From positions 66,098,054-66,135,462 of the forward strand of contig NC_068981.1 in NCBI RefSeq assembly GCF_001194135.2: DNA of 37,409 bases, in the 5' to 3' direction. The position numbers were made by a program, and so were the translations under genes. Below the pieces are notes generated by a model. That model had not been told where the DNA came from, did not search any database, and saw only the letters and a list, made by a program, of their open reading frames with translations. This DNA is from Octopus bimaculoides (Eukaryota). Of the stretch, positions 33,558-37,409 are shown one piece after another. The first letter of the stretch is position 1. Each line of letters starts with the position of its first letter.

Positions 33558-33915
33558 GAGCACCGTGTAGTGCTAAGAGCACTGTCCGAGCATGATCGTT
33601 GCCAGAGCAGCTGTCTGGCTTCCATGCCAGTGACACGTAATAGCACCATTTGAGCGTGATCGTTACCAGTGTCGCCTTCCTGGCACGTGAAATGACATTC
33701 GAGCGAGGTCATTGCCAGTGCCGCTGGACTGGCTCCTGTGCAGGTGGCACATAAAATACACCATTTTGAGCATGGCTGTTGCCAGTACTGCCTGACTGGC
33801 CTTCATGCTGGTGGCACATAAAAGCACCCACTACACTCTTGGAGTGGTTGGCATTAGGAAGGACATCCAGCTGTATAAACTCTGCCAAATCAGATTGGAG
33901 CCTGGTGTTGCCATC
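33558..33915 (+). mobile_element. RTE 3'UTR with four tandem subunits (cut by gap)
   Basis: Units start at 33579, 33643, 33694 and 33758, then gcacccactacactcttggagtggttggc. Confidence 0.9.
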
Positions 33916-34351
33916 NNNNNNNNNNNNNNNNNNNNNNNNNNNNNNNNNNNNNNNNNNNNNNNNNNNNNNNNNNNNNNNNNNNNNNNNNNNNNNNNNNNNN
34001 NNNNNNNNNNNNNNNNNNNNNNNNNNNNNNNNNNNNNNNNNNNNNNNNNNNNNNNNNNNNNNNNNNNNNNNNNNNNNNNNNNNNNNNNNNNNNNNNNNNN
34101 NNNNNNNNNNNNNNNNNNNNNNNNNNNNNNNNNNNNNNNNNNNNNNNNNNNNNNNNNNNNNNNNNNNNNNNNNNNNNNNNNNNNNNNNNNNNNNNNNNNN
34201 NNNNNNNNNNNNNNNNNNNNNNNNNNNNNNNNNNNNNNNNNNNNNNNNNNNNNNNNNNNNNNNNNNNNNNNNNNNNNNNNNNNNNNNNNNNNNNNNNNNN
34301 NNNNNNNNNNNNNNNNNNNNNNNNNNNNNNNNNNNNNNNNNNNNNNNNNNN

Positions 34352-34384
<33 letters not shown>

Positions 34385-34387
<3 letters not shown>

Positions 34388-34465
34388 CGGGCTTCTTTCA
34401 GTTTCTGCTTACCAAATCCACTCACAAGGCCCGAAGCTATAGTAGAAGACACTTGCCCAAGGTAC
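34385..34465 (-). mobile_element. SINE family A head fragment
   Basis: gacgggcttctttcagtttc...agaagacacttgcccaaggt. Confidence 0.75.
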
Positions 34466-34637
34466 CAATAAGTCTCCTTGTGCAAGCATCACTGTATCAT
34501 TAAGAAGTTTGCCTAACAGCTATATGGTTTTGGATTCATGCCCAATGTATGGAACTGAAAGCAAGTGTCTTCTACTTTAATCATAAGCTGACCAATACCA
34601 TGTGAATGAAACTGATTGACAGAAGTTGTACAAAAGC

Positions 34638-34672
<35 letters not shown>

Positions 34673-35674
34673 TCATACTTGCAGCATGACCATGTGGTAA
34701 AGAAGCTGATTTCACAATCATATGATCCCAAGATTAATCTAATTCTGTGATGTCTTGAACAAATATCTTTCATCATAGCCTGGTGCCATCCCAAACTGTG
34801 TCATTAACCAGGTCCCAAAGGATACATTTTCAACCATAAGGAAACCAATAATATGAGGTTGAATTTGAAGTGAGAATGCAATGAGCTAGAAGACAAGCTG
34901 CAAAGCGTCTAATCTTAAATTCTAACAATTCCACCAACAAACTGCCTTAGACTGGCACTTTATTTATGTATCTTGTTAACCTCACTGGAGTTTGAACTCA
35001 AGGTGTAGAGAACTAGAACACACACTTCAAAATGTTTTATCTAAAGCTCCAATAACTCTGCTTGTCTTCTGTTTAATTTTAATATTTGTGTATGATGAGT
35101 TTGTACATCAAATGCAATTGTCAAGTATAACCACCTAGCATGAATCTCTTCGTAAGAATGTAATGTTTTTGCTGTGTGGGTCGATGTGAATTTATGCATG
35201 TACTGATTTCATGTAATGCACTATGTGTACATTACATTCTGGTGAATATGTTCAACACTTCCTTATCACATGGACAAATTTATCTCTCTTCCTCATTACA
35301 CACACACACACACACACACTCGTGCATGTGAACAGACACACACATACACCCATGCACATGTGTACACATGCACACACACACACATATGCACACACATACC
35401 AACTTAAAGATGTATGAAATGTATATTTGTGTATATAAATCTTCCTGATGCATAGGTTAGTGAATGTGCGTATGGATGTCTGAGTCTGTGTGTGCGTGTG
35501 TGCATTGTGTCTGTGTTTGTGCATTGTGTCTGTGTTTGTGTATGTGTGTGCATGTATGTGTGTATAAAACAATTTTAGATTTTTTTATCTTCTTTTTATA
35601 GTTTTTGATGTTTTCCTCATAACAGATGTTTTAAGTCATATAATCAGTGTTGGAAAGGATTGGAATAATGCTTT

Positions 35675-35716
<42 letters not shown>

Positions 35717-36056
35717 CGTGTGTGTGCATAAATGTGTGCAAATAGCAACTGATTGAAATGGATCCTGCTTCAAGTGTATTATTACTAAAATAAATGTGAG
35801 TATTATACCAAGATATCAAGCTAAGAAGGTTAAGATAAGACAGAATAGGTGGATGATGGAGCTCACAATTGAAAAACAACAGACTGAGCAAACAAACATT
35901 GGTATATGTATGGCTGTGGGATTATAAAGTTCATTTAGTAACCAGAGGGTGCCAAGTTTGATTTCTCAGCAGGAGAATTCTAGGGCAGATGTCTCCAACT
36001 GTAACTTCAAAATTGACCAATAGCCTGTAAGGAAAATTTGCTATATGGAAACCTTG

Positions 36057-36092
<36 letters not shown>

Positions 36093-36197
36093 TGTGCCAG
36101 TTGCAATAAAGCAAAAAAAAAAACAAAACATGAAGCCTTTGATACTGTTTGGTAGAGTGGACTAACATTTATTTAAAGTTGGGCAGTGTGTATGTAT

Positions 36198-36390
36198 GTT
36201 ATCATTTTGTTTTATTTCTAGAATTCTTGCCAGTGGAGAAAGAGTCGGTTTCTAATCTAGATCCATGGCTTCTTCATTGGAATTTTAAATAACAAAAACC
36301 AACAAAGTGTTTGTACCTGTTTGTATGTGTGCAATATTTGGAGTCAGTGTGTGAGCAGATTTGCGTGGTTTGTTTTATATATATTTTCTC
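36198..36390 (+). repeat. Unclassified repeat G
   Basis: Homologous to 36598-36764. Confidence 0.65.
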
Positions 36391-36597
36391 ATTCAAATAC
36401 TTGCATGTCAAGACACGAGCATATATACTTAGATACTCTATGCATGTATGTTGCCTATGCTTCAAACCATGCAGATGTGCAGCAAGACTGAATAGTCATC
36501 TGTCAGGTCATAAATGAAAAGTTAGAAATGCTATTGATAATGAGAATGCACCAGAAGATAATAATCATTTGTGAAAATGGAGCATTCACGATGCATG

Positions 36598-36764
36598 TCA
36601 TTATTCAGTTTTATTTCAAGATTTCTTGTCAAGAGAGAAAGAGCCGGTTTCTAACCTAGGTCCAGGGTTCCTTCATTGGAATTTCAACAACATCAACAGG
36701 ATATTTTTGTATGTGTGTACATACACTTGCAGATTTGTATGTTTTGTTTTATGTATGTATTTTC
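36598..36764 (+). repeat. Unclassified repeat G
   Basis: gagaaagagccggtttctaacctagg..ttcattggaattt..gcagatttg..tttgttttat. Confidence 0.65.
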
Positions 36765-37036
36765 TGCCAGTGCCCCTGGACTGGCTCTTGTGCGGGTGGC
36801 ACATAAAAGACACCATTTCAAGCGTGGCCGTTTTCGTGCGGGTGACACGTAAAAGCACCCACTACACTCTCTGAGTGGTTGGCGTTAGGAAGGGCATCCA
36901 GCTGTAGAAACTCTGCCAAATTAGATTGGAGCCTGGTGTTAACATCCGGTTTCACCAGTCCTCAGTCAAATCGTCCAACCCATGCTAGCATGGAAAGCGG
37001 ACGTTAAACGATGATGATGATGATGATGATGATGAT
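36765..37036 (+). mobile_element. RTE 3'UTR, young, about 1.5 subunits, (GAT)n tail
   Basis: Nearly identical to the reverse complement of 23571-23764. Confidence 0.9.
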
Positions 37037-37165
37037 AGTTGAATATCTAGACATGCTTATATATATTTAAATAATAAACTTTTGATAAACTATGTATGTA
37101 GGTAGGTATGTGTGTGTGTGTGTGAATGTGTGTACATGTATGTATATGTATGTATTGCGCCTATA

Positions 37166-37329
37166 GGCACAGGAGTGGCTGTGTGGTAAGTAGCTTGCTT
37201 ACCAACCACATGGTTCCGGGTTCATTCCCACTGCGTGGCACCTTGGGCAAGTGTTTTCTACTATAGCGTCAGGCCAACCAAAGCCTTGTGAGTGGATTTG
37301 GTAGACGGAAACTGAAAGAAGCCTGTCGT
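37166..37329 (+). mobile_element. SINE family A head
   Basis: A box TGGCTGTGTGG, B box GGTTCATTCCC, CORE-like block. Confidence 0.9.
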
Positions 37330-37347
37330 ATATATATATATATATAT

Positions 37348-37409
37348 CATCATCATCATCATCATCATCATCGTTTAACGTCCGCTTTCCATGCTAGCAT
37401 GGGTTGGAC
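37348..37409 (-). mobile_element. RTE 3' tail (window edge)
   Basis: (CAT)n cgtttaacgtccgctttccatgctagcatgggttggac. Confidence 0.85.

Noticed and set aside
33795-33825. HDV-like P3/L3 (GCC-UUCAUGCU-GGU) in the RTE tandem unit
   Set aside because: There is no GG for P1.1, no matching P1 5' strand, and no P2 or catalytic C context.
662-35891. Long ORF-track entries rich in X, or in HT/CV/IY/SL/poly-I runs
   Set aside because: They are translations of N gaps and di/trinucleotide microsatellites, not genes.

Overview
This is AT-rich eukaryotic genomic DNA with about 12 assembly gaps and very dense microsatellites. The repeat families look like coleoid cephalopod, most likely Octopus (inference from recognised repeats, not a database search). 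There is no intact protein-coding gene, rRNA, tRNA gene or CRISPR array. Nearly all ORF-track entries are artefacts of N-runs or simple repeats. The window is a retroelement graveyard with five components: (1) about 14 5'-truncated 3' ends plus several ORF fragments of RTE-clade LINEs with (GAT)n tails; (2) three R4/Dong-type RLE LINE fragments sitting in (TAA)n; (3) a decayed Penelope-like element (PLE) with RT and GIY-YIG motifs; (4) several tRNA-derived SINE families; (5) a few weak splice-bounded exon candidates on the + strand. The most notable signal is a series of short hammerhead-ribozyme (HHR)-like units. One at 13857-13928 (-) has an apparently complete type I core. Others are CpG-decayed fossils or U3-A8 variants. 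They occur in PLE-terminal-like pieces that often end at (TA)n, and several sit inside near-perfect fold-back inverted repeats.
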